From NCBI GenBank assembly GCA_008632985.1, contig QPGO01000027.1, forward strand, positions 620,001 to 684,000: 64,000 bases of DNA, given 5' to 3'. The notes beneath the pieces were generated by a model. It was not told the origin of the DNA and did not search any database. It worked only from the letters and a program-made list of their open reading frames with translations. Origin of the DNA: Psammoneis japonica (lineage: Eukaryota). Shown here in pieces: positions 38,338 through 49,711 of this stretch. The position numbers were made by a program, and so were the translations under genes. Position 1 is the stretch's first letter; every line of letters starts with the position of its first letter.

Positions 38338-40353
38338 ATGACGAAAGTATACGTCTGGTACAAGCTTGATGATGCATGTCCGTCCAGATTGGAAGTGCAA
38401 GATGATTCTATTGTGGATGATCTGAAGAAAGCAATCAAGGCGAATCGGCCAAACAAGTTGAAGGACGTCGACGCTGCTGATCTCAAGGTCTTCGCTGCGG
38501 GTTCCGGCCCAAGCACCAGCACTCCTCTCGAGCCTTACGATCCCGTTCCGACTACTTCAACGGGTCAGTATCCGCTCGTCGTGGTCGCTCCGAAGTATGC
38601 AACAAATAAGAAACAACGGGTTACAGCAACCATCATTGAGAGCAAGGAGTTGCTTTCACCTGCGGACGTGGTTCCCCCGAAAAAGTCTTCTCCCCCCTTT
38701 GTTTGCCGACAGTCGTGGCTCAGTGATGTTCAGACCGAGATAATATGGGGGCTTCAGAACTGCGACGATGCAGCTGTCGAGATGGACATGAACGATGAGA
38801 ATCTGCAGAGGATCCCACCAATGGGTCTCGCAAGATGTTCTCGTGGTGGGAAGACGAGGGCACTCTACGAGATTGCAAATATGATGAAAGATTATTCAAT
38901 TATCAATCTTGATCCTGATCCTGATGATGAGCTTGTGGCTTGCGTCTATGTCTCTTTCAATGACGCCACTAGCATAGAGGGATGGGAGCAGGAAGACCCA
39001 TTGCAAGCTCTTCTTCGCCGGATCGCCTTTGCGGCGCTACCACCTGATCCTTCTAAACGAAAGAGTGAGCGCTTTCGTGATTTGTCGAGAAAGGAACCAG
39101 TTTGGGAGGAATCATCCTTCTTAGACTGGATAAAGGATACTCCATGTCTTCTACTCATTGATGAATTGAATAACTTGCACAAGCTAACGGACACAAATTC
39201 AAATGTGGCTGCACACTTTGGCTTGTTCCTCAAGCGAGAATTCATCGGTAAGGAATATCGGTACATGGTGTTCTCTTCTCATTTGCTGGGTACCTTCAAC
39301 TTTCTCAGTGATTACCTCGACAGCAGTGAGGGTAGTTCTCGCACTGTCACTTTGCAAGAACTCCCTATAGTTCCATCTCTTCGGGAGGCGACAATGCTGA
39401 AGCCAGGGCTCAACTCGGTAAGGGAAGCAATGTACTACGGACTGGTCCCAGGGATGATTTACGAATCCAGTGTGAAGGGGAAAAACATTGATGGGAAGCG
39501 CAGCTCTTGGGTACAAAAGGCGATCCAAAATCATTTGGATGGATTGGACGACTGCTTTCATTCCATTCTCAAATCTCTCATTAATGGCTACATGGACCTT
39601 AATTTCCCAGCAGAGCTTGGCACTTTGTTAGACTCTGTTCAACAAGAAGTTGGTGATCCGGATAAAATTCGTTGGGTGCCTTACCATTTGCAGTTTGTGT
39701 TGCGTGAGTTGAGCGCAAAACGTTTTGCGCATGCAAGACTTGCAGAGCAGTTGTCAGAGTATTGCAATCTTATGAAGGATGCGAAGGAACTCTCCGGAGA
39801 AGGTTGGGAAGGTCTCTTTGTTCTTTTTCTTGTGGCTCGTTGTCTCATTCGTAAAAGTGACACGACAATTGTTCCGGATTTGTGGTTCGAAACTGGCGGA
39901 GAGGAGGTTGCAGTTGTTCTGAATCGCTACGACGCATCCGTGAACGAAAACCGACCATTGTCAGTTTGCAAAACATGGGACGAAATGAAGGCTGGAGTGA
40001 TTCCTGGGAACGAAAGTTATTGCTTGAACATTCTCTATCCATCCCACAACAACTTTGAAGTTTACGATGTTATCGTTGTATTCTTTGTTGGTAGAAAGAA
40101 AAACCATGTATGGGGATATCAGCTTAAGGAGGGAAAGGCCCCAAGAAAGCGCAAGGCGCACCCAGATATGGACAGTAGTCTGTTTGTACAAGGAAGTCCT
40201 CCAGCAGGAACTATAAAGGATGATGGAAAAGGCTGGACAATTCCGGGCAAGGAAGCGATCGACGCCTTTTTTGGTGAATCGGGCAAGTACTGGACACCGG
40301 AAAGCTGGAGGAAATTCAGGAATAGCGCCATCATCCCTGGGGCTTACTTTTAG
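38338..40353 (+). CDS. Crinkler-like protein A: ubiquitin-like header + P-loop NTPase + restriction-endonuclease-fold domain
   Basis: Header VWYKL...VDDLKKAIK..PNKL..VDAADLKVF...PLVVVAP. Walker A-like RCSRGGKT and Walker B LLLIDE. C-terminal YDVIV...GYQLK (D..QxK). Intact ORF with normal composition. Confidence 0.75.
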   Translation: MTKVYVWYKLDDACPSRLEVQDDSIVDDLKKAIKANRPNKLKDVDAADLKVFAAGSGPSTSTPLEPYDPVPTTSTGQYPLVVVAPKYATNKKQRVTATIIESKELLSPADVVPPKKSSPPFVCRQSWLSDVQTEIIWGLQNCDDAAVEMDMNDENLQRIPPMGLARCSRGGKTRALYEIANMMKDYSIINLDPDPDDELVACVYVSFNDATSIEGWEQEDPLQALLRRIAFAALPPDPSKRKSERFRDLSRKEPVWEESSFLDWIKDTPCLLLIDELNNLHKLTDTNSNVAAHFGLFLKREFIGKEYRYMVFSSHLLGTFNFLSDYLDSSEGSSRTVTLQELPIVPSLREATMLKPGLNSVREAMYYGLVPGMIYESSVKGKNIDGKRSSWVQKAIQNHLDGLDDCFHSILKSLINGYMDLNFPAELGTLLDSVQQEVGDPDKIRWVPYHLQFVLRELSAKRFAHARLAEQLSEYCNLMKDAKELSGEGWEGLFVLFLVARCLIRKSDTTIVPDLWFETGGEEVAVVLNRYDASVNENRPLSVCKTWDEMKAGVIPGNESYCLNILYPSHNNFEVYDVIVVFFVGRKKNHVWGYQLKEGKAPRKRKAHPDMDSSLFVQGSPPAGTIKDDGKGWTIPGKEAIDAFFGESGKYWTPESWRKFRNSAIIPGAYF

Positions 40354-40520
40354 CGCGATTGTGTTATTATATTACCTTTACGGTTTGGCCAAATTAGTCA
40401 ATTTTTGGGCCGAAGTGAGCGGAATTCACCCCTCTTTATTCCCCGCGAATCCGCCCCGCTCTCTGTCACAAGACATTATTCAACATACGAGGACGACTAA
40501 GATAATGAAAATACTAAAGG
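38563..40520 (+). repeat. ~1.96-kb near-identical direct repeat, copy 1 (copy 2 at 44981-46953)
   Basis: Identity starts at GGTCAG(T/A)ATCCGCTCGTCGTGG and continues through the 3' flank to AAAATACTAAAGG. Confidence 0.95.
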
Positions 40521-41045
40521 CATTGTCCCGGGGCAGCCGAAGCTGTCCCTGGAGATGTCCCCGAGGCACGGGGCAACTGTGTTGCCACCACATGTTTTGT
40601 CAATGCAGACCATGCTGGTTGTCATGTGACATGACAATCCCACACTGGGATCATCATCTTTGCACAATGGGCTCCAATCTTGTGGTGCTCTAAACGGCAG
40701 AATGCCGCAGAATCCTCAACTTTTGGGTTGGAATTTGTTGCGATGAAAACTGCGGCAGAACAGATCGAAGCTTTGTGTCACAAGCTCTGAATGCTGGGAA
40801 TCCCAGTCGAGGGACCAACCAATGTTTTCTGTGACAATGAGGCTGTGTTCAAGAACTCCAGGCAGCCGGAGTCAACACTCAAGAAGAAGCACAATGCCAT
40901 TGCCTGCAACCGGATGCGCGAGGTGCAAGCTGCTGGCATTGTGCAGATTGCTTGGGAAGATGGGTGCACAAATCTGGCAGATGTTCCAACTGAGCTCATG
41001 CCTGGACCAAAGCTCTGGGAACTCATTCGTCACATCCCATGGTGA
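40521..41045 (+). mobile_element. Ty1/copia (CoDi-like) RNase H relic
   Basis: FVNADHAG..T*QSHTG..APILWCSKRQN..ESSTFG.EFVA..ALCHKL*MLGIPVEGPTNVFCDN..ESTLKKKHNAIAC..RE..AAG..NLAD. Two in-frame TGA stops. Confidence 0.9.
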
Positions 41046-42666
41046 ATTGGCGAGTCCAAAATGGACAGGCCGGGATTTTCCCCTCCAAAATGGAGGAGGT
41101 TTTGCCCATCCCAAATGAAGTTAAGATTGTGCCTGGAACAGGGTGGCAATGCGAACGGCAGGTCATGTCAAACTGACCTGACTGGGCCAGTGTCAGTCAG
41201 CCAAAGGGGGCTGAGCAATTCCAGCCATGCTGTCGCCAAACAAGCATTGGGGCCATTTGGCAAAGACCGCCACTGTCACTCAAACAGTGGGTGGCACATG
41301 TGGAGCAACCCTCACAATTTCTAGAATCCTGTTGATTGCCGCAACAACACTTTTCCATTAGATCTTGTCCAATTCTTGGCAACTGCGGCATGATTTGCTC
41401 AAAAGCATCTTGAAATCTGGGAGGGAGTCAGACCCGTTGCACTCATGGAACGAGAGTTGAAATTTCAGAAATTCATCTGCAATTCTGCAAGCAATGGCAT
41501 GTTCATTGAACACATGCTCCTGAAAACATTTTGACAACTGAGCAGACACAACTCCACATCTCCAATTTCAATCCAACCACATGAGTGAGATTGAACATTC
41601 TAATGACAGTGTCAAAACACCATGGCATTCGGTGGCTCCACTGCGGCCACACGCATGTCAAATCACTGTTCTGACAAGCACAGTTGATTTGCAACAATGT
41701 GATCAACATCACATGTTGTTGTCATGTCCACAGCTGAGGTTTCAGCAACCACATGACGTGTTTTTCTTCTGAAAACAAGGTGTGAAGTTGCCATCATTTT
41801 GTTGTTGGTTGACTTCAATCACGTTGAATTTTGCTGTTCTTTCTTTCATGAACACATCACAACAGCTCCACAGCAACAATTTTTCACATCTCTTGTTGGC
41901 TTGAGTTTGTTGTTGATTGTTGGTTGTCATTTTTGTTTGACACTCTGATGTTTGTTGCCATCATGGATGATGATCAGTCTGTTTTCTCGCACAAAAAATT
42001 GCAGGCAAAAAATGCATGTCTCTGGCAGCCAATTTGTTGCAACGTGTGTTTTTGCACCCCAAAATTGCACCCTGAATTGCCCCCTTTGCCACGAGTGCAA
42101 CGGGTCTCAGAGGTTGGAGGTTGCGCGAGAAATTGCACAGAAATGTGTCAGGTGCTCATTGCGCAGATTTCTGTGTGATGTGAAACCATCCACATCCATG
42201 CAGACCTCTAATCTCCCAAATGCTGGGGAGTGAGAAAAGCCCCCTGCTCCACTCTGCAGCCATCGGGTCTGTCTGTCCTTCATTTCTTTTTGGGACTCCC
42301 ACACCCTCTGATGGCAAACGCATGATTTTTTTCCCAGACACAAGACCCAGCCACACTGCGCACACTTTCAATGCATGCCGGAGGTGCACATCGTGTGTCG
42401 TGTTGTTGGCACGCGTTGAGGAAAGGTTGTGAGCACATTCCATCTGTTGTGTTTGGGAAAAAAATCGTGCATTTGCCCCACCCCTTCACAAGTGGTCCCG
42501 TGGGATGTGGGTGTGGGTGATGTGTGACAACATCATCACATGCATTGAGCTGGATGTGTTCATGCTCTTGCAAATGTGCACATGTTGTCAAGCAAAAACT
42601 CCCATCCCATGGCACCCCCAAATCTTAAGTCGCCTGGAACCACCCTTCGCAAGTGGAGAACATGGC

Positions 42667-44022
42667 TTTGATGTCATGGTGATGCAATGTTCACGCAATG
42701 AATTTTTTGCATGTTGTCATGTCACTTAATTTTGCATTTGTGCACAAATGCCAACAGCAACAGGAAAAATCCTGAACCATGTTCTCCCCTGAATCTCGAG
42801 TCACCTGGAACCGACTGCAGCTAAAGACACTTTTTGACCTTTCTTGCAACCACGAAAAAAGCATGCACGTCACATCAGATCAACCATGATGATGCCATGC
42901 AACTCTTCCCCAATGCCTTCCCAGGACACCGTTCCTGCTGACACTGTCAACAACAACGCTGACCCAACAGGTGATGTTGTCACTTCTGTTCTGAATGGCC
43001 TGATGCGTGCAAAACAAGATGCCACAAACTGACACTGTCATTTTCATGCTCCGCTGCCTCCCACAGATGCTGTCACAAACACCAATGCCGTTCCTGCATT
43101 TCTTTTGACTGGCATGCCTGATGCTGTTGCTCATGCCCTTGGTGCAACAGGTGCTGTTGATGCTGTCATTGCATTGCACCAATGACATCCACTGTCAATT
43201 GCTGCAAACTGACACTTTTGTTTCCATGCTGCACTGCCTCCACCATCACAATTTTCCAAGATGGCACTGCAATTGTCAAGAACGCTCCAGCGATTCTGCC
43301 ATGTGTCGATTCTTCCGTTAAACTTGTGGGCCGCAAATTGGGCGGGTCACTTTCACACGGGGCTTTGTGTGGTGATGTCTTTCATCATGTCCTGTCCTTT
43401 CCTGATGCCCACAACTTGGCTCACACCTCAGTGCTGCTGCAACCACATCAAGACCTTGCTCATTTTGAAAGCATGCCGGGATTGCAGTTGCTGCATTGTG
43501 TTGAGAACAGCGGGGTCGATGACAGGGAGAGCGTTTTGACAGACGCAATGGCAGCAGCAAATCGTTTCTTCCAAGTCGCCCCACAGTGCTTTGAAATGTT
43601 GATGATGTGTCCTGCAACCTTTGCAAAGACACTTTTTCAGTGATTCTCACACCACCAAAAAAACATCTTATTTTGCATGTGTCAGGCCATTCAGAACAGA
43701 AGCAATGGCGTCACCTGTTGGGTCAGTGTCATCATCGACAGTGTCGGCAGGAATGGTGTCCTGGGAAGGCATTGGGGAAGAGTCGCGTGGCATCATCATG
43801 GTCGATCCGATGTGACGTGTGCTTTTTTCGTGGTTGCCAGAAAGGTCAAAAAGTGTCTTTGGCTGGCCAGAGTCAGCTCCAGGCGACTCGAGATTTGGGG
43901 GAGAATGTGGCTCAGGATTTTTCCTGTTGCTGTTGGCATTTGTGTGCAAATGCAAAATTAAGTGACATGACAACATATAAAAAATACATTACGTGAACAT
44001 TGTGCATCACCATGACATCAAA
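42667..44022. mobile_element. Long-TIR (~355 bp) non-autonomous element carrying a host gene fragment (Pack-MULE/foldback-like)
   Basis: Inverted arms at 42667-43021 and 43664-44022 align by eye over their full length. No TSD resolved. Confidence 0.75.
43260..43630 (+). pseudogene. TauD / gamma-butyrobetaine dioxygenase-family fragment
   Basis: LCGDVFH..DAHNLAHTS..LQPHQDLAHFESMPGLQLLHC..ESVLTDAMAAA. HxD motif present, with conserved Tyr positions replaced by C/H. Confidence 0.8.
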
Positions 44023-44117
44023 AGGGGTGCGTTTGCCCTCAGAGTCTACAGCTACAGAGTGCCCGCGCCGCGCCGCCCCCTGCCACTACAATGCCGGAGC
44101 TAGCTAGTAGAGGTACC

Positions 44118-44369
44118 TTCATCGTGAGACCCCACAAATACGGAGGGACCCTCCTGTAGAGCTCTACGCGAATTTTTGTATGTGGTACTGAAACATGTAG
44201 CCTACATACGCAAAACTGGTACAGTTTCTACGACAAAAATCCGAAAAAACGCCTAGTTCGCGAGATAGCTCTGGTACAAAACCTACGTGAACAGTCCCCA
44301 TACATTCACGTAGAACTCTACACATTTCCGGTTGCGGGTCCCTCCGTATTTGTGGGGTCCCACGATGAA
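44118..44369. mobile_element. MITE with 34-bp TIRs
   Basis: TTCATCGTGAGACCCCACAAATACGGAGGGACCC (44118-44151) and its inverted copy at 44336-44369, one mismatch. A solo degenerate end lies at 55920-55965. Confidence 0.8.
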
Positions 44370-44482
44370 CCTTAGTAGGGCCCTAGCTACTAGCAGCTCT
44401 GCACTGGTCCCCGGCTGTCGCGCTGTCGCTTTCACACGGCTCAACGGCTCTAAGCTTCCACATCAACGCGAGACAAACCACC

Positions 44483-46765
44483 ATGACCGACGACGAAAGC
44501 GCCATCAATCGTGATCGGTGGCTCGCCCAGATGGAGGAAAGTGTCAAAGGCAGGGTGGGTGATCAATGGAGGAATGGAAGATGGTCGGACTTTATAAAAG
44601 AAGTTGTGTTGTTGCTCCACGAGAAGGAGCGAGATGACGAGGACACGATTGACGCTGCGGTGGGGCTCATCAAGTACGGAATAAAGAAAAAAGAGGATTT
44701 GGTCAGCGTTGCTGGCACTCTGCCTGATGCGGATAGATTCAACAACAGATTGGAGCCTAAGGGCGTTCTCCCCGCCATCTGCGACATTTTGTTCAACAAG
44801 TACGTCCCTGTTGCTCCGGCTGGCTTTACCGTGGAAACGATACCAGAACACTTGGTTCCTATGCAGCAGCAGCAGCAGAAACAGCAGCAGAAACGATCAA
44901 TCTTCTCACATGGATTACCGGAAATGGGACCAATCTTGGAGTCTACTCATTTCACGTCCAACCCGTCCGTGCCATCAGATGGTCAGAATCCGCTCGTCGT
45001 GGTCGCTCCGAAGTATGCAACAAATAAGAAACAACGGGTTACAGCAACCATCATTGAGAGCAAGGAGTTGCTTTCACCTGCGGACGTGGTTCCCCCGAAA
45101 AAGTCTTCTCCCCCCTTTGTTTGCCGACAGTCTTGGCTCAGTGATGTTCAGACCGAGATAATATGGGGGCTTCAGAACTGCGACGATGCAGCTGTCGAGA
45201 TGGACAGGAACGATGAGAATCTGCAGAGGATCCCACCAATGGGTCTCGCAAGATGTTCTCGTGGTGGGAAGACGAGGGCACTCTACGAGATTGCAAATAT
45301 GATGAAAGATTATTCAATTATCAATCTTGATCCTGATCCTGATGATGAGCTTGTGGCTTGCGTCTATGTCTCCTTCAATGATGCCACTAGCATAGAGGGA
45401 TGGGAGCAGGAAGACCCATTGCAAGCTCTTCTTCGCCGGATCGCCTTTGCGGCGCTACCACCTGATCCTACTAAACGAAAGAGTGAGCGCTTTCGTGATT
45501 TTTCAAGAAAGGAACCAGTTTGGGAGGAATCATCCTTCTTAGACTGGATAAAGGATACTCCATGTCTTCTACTCATTGATGAATTGAATAACTTGCACAA
45601 GCTAACGGACACAAATTCAAATGTGGCTGCACACTTTGGCTTGTTCCTCAAGCGAGAATTCATCGGTAAGGAATATCGGTACATGGTGTTCTCTTCTCAT
45701 TTGCTGGGTACCTTCAACTTTCTCAGCGATTACCTCGACAGCAGTGAGGGTAGTTCTCGCACTGTCACTTTGCAAGAACTCCCTATAGTTCCATCTCTTC
45801 GGGAGGCGACAATGCTGAAGCCAGGGCTCAACTCGGTAAGGGAAGCAATGTACTACGGACTGGTCCCAGGGATGATTTACGAATCCAGTGTGAAGGGGAA
45901 AAACATTGATGGGAAGCGCAGCTCTTGGGTACAGAAGGCGATCCAGAATCATTTGGATGGATTGGACGACTGCTTTCATTCCATTCTCAAATCTCTCATT
46001 AATGGCTACATGGACCTTAATTTCCCAGCAGAGCTTGGCACTTTGTTAGACTCTGTTCAACAAGAAGTTGGTGATCCGGATAAAATTCGTTGGGTGCCTT
46101 ACCATTTGCAGTTTGTGTTGCGTGAGTTGAGCGCAAAACGTTTTGCGCATGCAAGACTTGCAGAGCAGTTGTCAGAGTATTGCAATCTTATGAAGGATGC
46201 GAAGGAACTCTCCGGAGAAGGTTGGGAAGGTCTCTTTGTTCTTTTTCTTGTGGCTCGTTGTCTCATTCGTAAAAGTGACACGACAATTGTTCCGGATTAT
46301 TGGTTCGAAACTGGCGGAGAGGAGGTTGCAGTTGTTCTGAATCGCTACGACGCATCCATGAACGAAAACCGACCATTGTCAGTTTGCAAAACATGGGACG
46401 AAATGAAGGCTGGAGTGATTCCTGGGAACGAAAGTTATTGCTTGAACATTCTCTATCCATCCCACAACAACTTTGAAGTTTACGATGTTATCGTTGTATT
46501 CTTTGTTGGTAGAAAGAAAAACCATGTATGTGGATATCAACTTAAGGAGGGAAAGGCCCCAAGAAAGCGCAAGGCGCACCCAGATATGGACAGTAGTCTG
46601 TTTGTACAAGGAAGTCCTCCAGCAGGAACTATAAAGGATGATGGAAAAGGCTGGACAATTCCGGGCAAGGAAGCGATCGACGCCTTTTTTGGTGAATCGG
46701 GCAAGTACTGGACACCGGAAAGCTGGAGGAAATTTAGGAATAGCGCCATCATCCCTGGGGCCTGA
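44483..46765 (+). CDS. Crinkler-like protein B: alternative alpha-helical header + poly-Q + same NTPase/REase body
   Basis: Nearly identical to protein A from PLVVVAP onward, with an unrelated ~170-aa N-terminus. Intact ORF. Confidence 0.75.
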   Translation: MTDDESAINRDRWLAQMEESVKGRVGDQWRNGRWSDFIKEVVLLLHEKERDDEDTIDAAVGLIKYGIKKKEDLVSVAGTLPDADRFNNRLEPKGVLPAICDILFNKYVPVAPAGFTVETIPEHLVPMQQQQQKQQQKRSIFSHGLPEMGPILESTHFTSNPSVPSDGQNPLVVVAPKYATNKKQRVTATIIESKELLSPADVVPPKKSSPPFVCRQSWLSDVQTEIIWGLQNCDDAAVEMDRNDENLQRIPPMGLARCSRGGKTRALYEIANMMKDYSIINLDPDPDDELVACVYVSFNDATSIEGWEQEDPLQALLRRIAFAALPPDPTKRKSERFRDFSRKEPVWEESSFLDWIKDTPCLLLIDELNNLHKLTDTNSNVAAHFGLFLKREFIGKEYRYMVFSSHLLGTFNFLSDYLDSSEGSSRTVTLQELPIVPSLREATMLKPGLNSVREAMYYGLVPGMIYESSVKGKNIDGKRSSWVQKAIQNHLDGLDDCFHSILKSLINGYMDLNFPAELGTLLDSVQQEVGDPDKIRWVPYHLQFVLRELSAKRFAHARLAEQLSEYCNLMKDAKELSGEGWEGLFVLFLVARCLIRKSDTTIVPDYWFETGGEEVAVVLNRYDASMNENRPLSVCKTWDEMKAGVIPGNESYCLNILYPSHNNFEVYDVIVVFFVGRKKNHVCGYQLKEGKAPRKRKAHPDMDSSLFVQGSPPAGTIKDDGKGWTIPGKEAIDAFFGESGKYWTPESWRKFRNSAIIPGA

Positions 46766-46953
46766 TGAGCCTTTCTTACTTTTACCGGGATTGTGTTATT
46801 ATATTACCTCTACGGTTTGGCCAAATTAGTCAATTTTTGGGCCGAAGTGAGCGGAATTCACCCCTCTTTATTCCCCGCGAATCCGCCCCGCTCTCTGTCA
46901 CGAAGACATTATTCAACAAACGAGGACGACTAAGATAATGAAAATACTAAAGG
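44981..46953 (+). repeat. ~1.97-kb near-identical direct repeat, copy 2
   Basis: Matches 38563-40520 with scattered substitutions and an indel next to the stop codon. Confidence 0.95.
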
Positions 46954-47684
46954 GTGCTATTATTTGCCATGCGAGTACGTCTAGTCTTAGTCCATACTTG
47001 CGTGAGCGCAAAGGAAGGAACGACGAAGAAGTTCAAAATGGACACTAACAATCAACGACAAACGACACGAACCGTAGCGTCTCTTTGTGTTTTTGGCAAC
47101 ACTGCGGGATGTGCTGGTAGTCCATCCTTCACGACATGATCACAAAATCACAACACAATGCACAACAAGCAAGAAAGCTCAAATGCCCACACAACTTGAA
47201 CTGCAACTGCAAAACGACATGTCATCTCGAAAGTCAAATCCAGTTGCCATCCACGCTGCTAACTACAATCCACCAGAAAGTACGAGTGCTAATGCAAGCC
47301 ATTCATTGATTGTTTCTTGTGGCAGCAGGTCGGGAGTCACAAAAACTGTGCATGAAGTTCCAGAACCCTCCACACTCGTGGCACCATTGGGTGCCACACA
47401 GACTGGTCATGTGGAGACAACCTAAAATGCGGGTCATGTGCGTGCCACAACCGGGACAAGGGAGTCCATCAAATTCGATGTTGTTGACAGCATGGCATTG
47501 ACTTTGGTGTGCTCGATGCAGGAAATGTTACAATGGGAACGAGGATCACACTCCCATGCAAAGTGACACTTGTTTTGAAAGTGTTGCTGTTGGCACTGCT
47601 TCTTCCTTCATGTCAACTTGCTTTGCATGTGCAATCCAACACACTTTGTCTTCAGCGGGGACTGAATCTCTGGATGGAATGTCC

Positions 47685-47935
47685 CCAAATGAGCTTGACT
47701 CACATGCAGATGCTTGTGTTGCTGGGTCAGCTCATTCATCATTCTCTGCTCCTGACGTGCCATGTCCGTGCGACCACATTCCGACGAGTGCGAACAACTT
47801 CACAAAGTCCCAATGCAGTCAGTTGCCACTGCCTGGATGGATCCTTTGACGGGCCAACCACACTTGCTGATGATGCATGAGGCCATGTGTTTTGGGGACT
47901 GAGTGAAGAACTCACCAATGTGTCTTAATCAACAA
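47685..47935 (+). mobile_element. Ty1/copia (CoDi-like) aspartic protease relic
   Basis: ELDSHADACVAG (family pattern ELDSHADTC..G), then VATAWMDP.TG..HLL..HEAMCFGD in another frame. Confidence 0.7.
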
Positions 47936-49711
47936 AGGAGCGAGCTCAATGCCGGCACTTGAAAAACATCATTCTTCATGCATCGATGTCTCACTTTTGT
48001 CGAAATTGTAAAAAGTGAAGGACCAGTTCAAGGGAGATGCAACCTTGCCAAATGTCCCAAATTGCATGAGTGCATTCCACCTGGGGCTGGAGCAGGCCAC
48101 GCAGATTGACACCGGGGTGTGACCCCTCCTTGGGCATCAACCAAGATGCTCCAAGCAAATTGCCCCCTGCACTCTCATGATGCAGGTTTGTTGGCAATGC
48201 GCAAAAAGAGCTCAGAGTGGACTCAATTGGAAGACCTCAAATGATGCCTGTTCCTGTGCAATGCCATTGTGGGTGCATTTCTTGTGCTTTCGCTTGTGCT
48301 TTCACTTGTGCTTCATGGATGCTCCTTTGCAGGTTTTCTGAAGAGAAATGGAGCTCATCTTCTCCAGAGCAGCACAGGCTGTCTCAGGTGTTCTGCTCAC
48401 AGCACCTGGCTGTGATGGTCGTCAGGCAAAGACTGAAGATGTTGCCTTGGTGGGAGGGCAGGACCCAAATCACCAAGTCATTGTGAAGGGCACAGAGTGG
48501 TCCAGCATGCTGGAAACTCTGGCTAAATCCAACACAGCTTTTTGTTGTCATCTTTGCTTGAAGTTGCCCATGCACCACATGGTGATTCCTGCTGGATCTT
48601 TGCTGGTCAGATCATTGAGATTGGGTGGAAATTGAACATTGCCAGAAATTGGTTGGCAGGCAGCATTTTGAGATGAGCACAAGAGAAAGTTTTGAACACC
48701 AGTGTTTGACAAGCTGAAAGAAAGTGAGGCCTGCTCACATTGGAGGGTGGGCAGATTTTCTGTCCACCCACAAGATGAAGTGCAAGGCAATGGCTGCAAC
48801 TCTTTCTGGACAGCAAGGCTGCATCATTGAGGCACAGAACTTGAAGAGGAGTAGTTGTCGTCAATGTTGCCATTCGCCGTTGCCTTGGTCTTGGCATCAG
48901 CCTGGTTCTCTTCTGTTTCTTTTTCATTTGTCACCGCAGCTTCACCGTTCTCCTCCAGTTCCTTGTTCTCCTCTTTGGTGGAAGATTTTTCTTGGTCTTT
49001 GTCATCATCAAATGCAACTGCACTCATTGCATTGTCAATGTCATCATCACTGTCATTTGCGGCCTGTTCCTCTGCATCTTCAAATTTGGCTAAATCCAGC
49101 CTGACTGCCTTCACAGCGTTCTTCTTGTCTTTGTCCAGGGCACGTTCAAAAGTCTCTTCTTTTGACCCAGACCCAGCCTCAGGATTGATTTGAGCAGAAG
49201 AATCTGTGGCCTTGCTCTCATCATTGGAGACATTCATGCTGGGGCAACACAAGTTGACAACATGATGTAGCCTGGCTTTGACAAAAGAGGGTTGTCAGGT
49301 GTCTCAAGCAAAACTCCTTTCCAACCATGGATGAAAAGGCCACAAAGAACAAAGCAAAGGTGGAAACTTCAGCTGACAGTGGCATGTCCTGTGATTGCCA
49401 ACATGACAAGCAATCAACACCACAGAGAAGACGTTGCAGGTCCATGGAACCAAATTTTGTGAAAGCACAGACACTCACCTGGTCAATGGTCTTGACATGA
49501 TGAAGCTGTGGTTTCTTTTCTTGCTTGCTCTGATGGGATTTCTTGCAATGGAACTGTGCCGCATCCTGACATTGATGGTTGAATTCCACAATCACAGCCA
49601 AAGGCACAGGACAAGGTGCTCCAAAGAGGTCAGAATTGAACTCTGACAGAAACGTGGGGCATGCACAATGGCAACCACAGCACTTCTCCAAAATTTCCTC
49701 GGGGCCTTGTC

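Larger units (their letters stand above)
40521..43970. other. TpA- and CpG-depleted degenerate block D, between the two Crinkler-like genes
   Basis: Composition switches abruptly at the end of the duplicated segment (40520). Confidence 0.85.
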
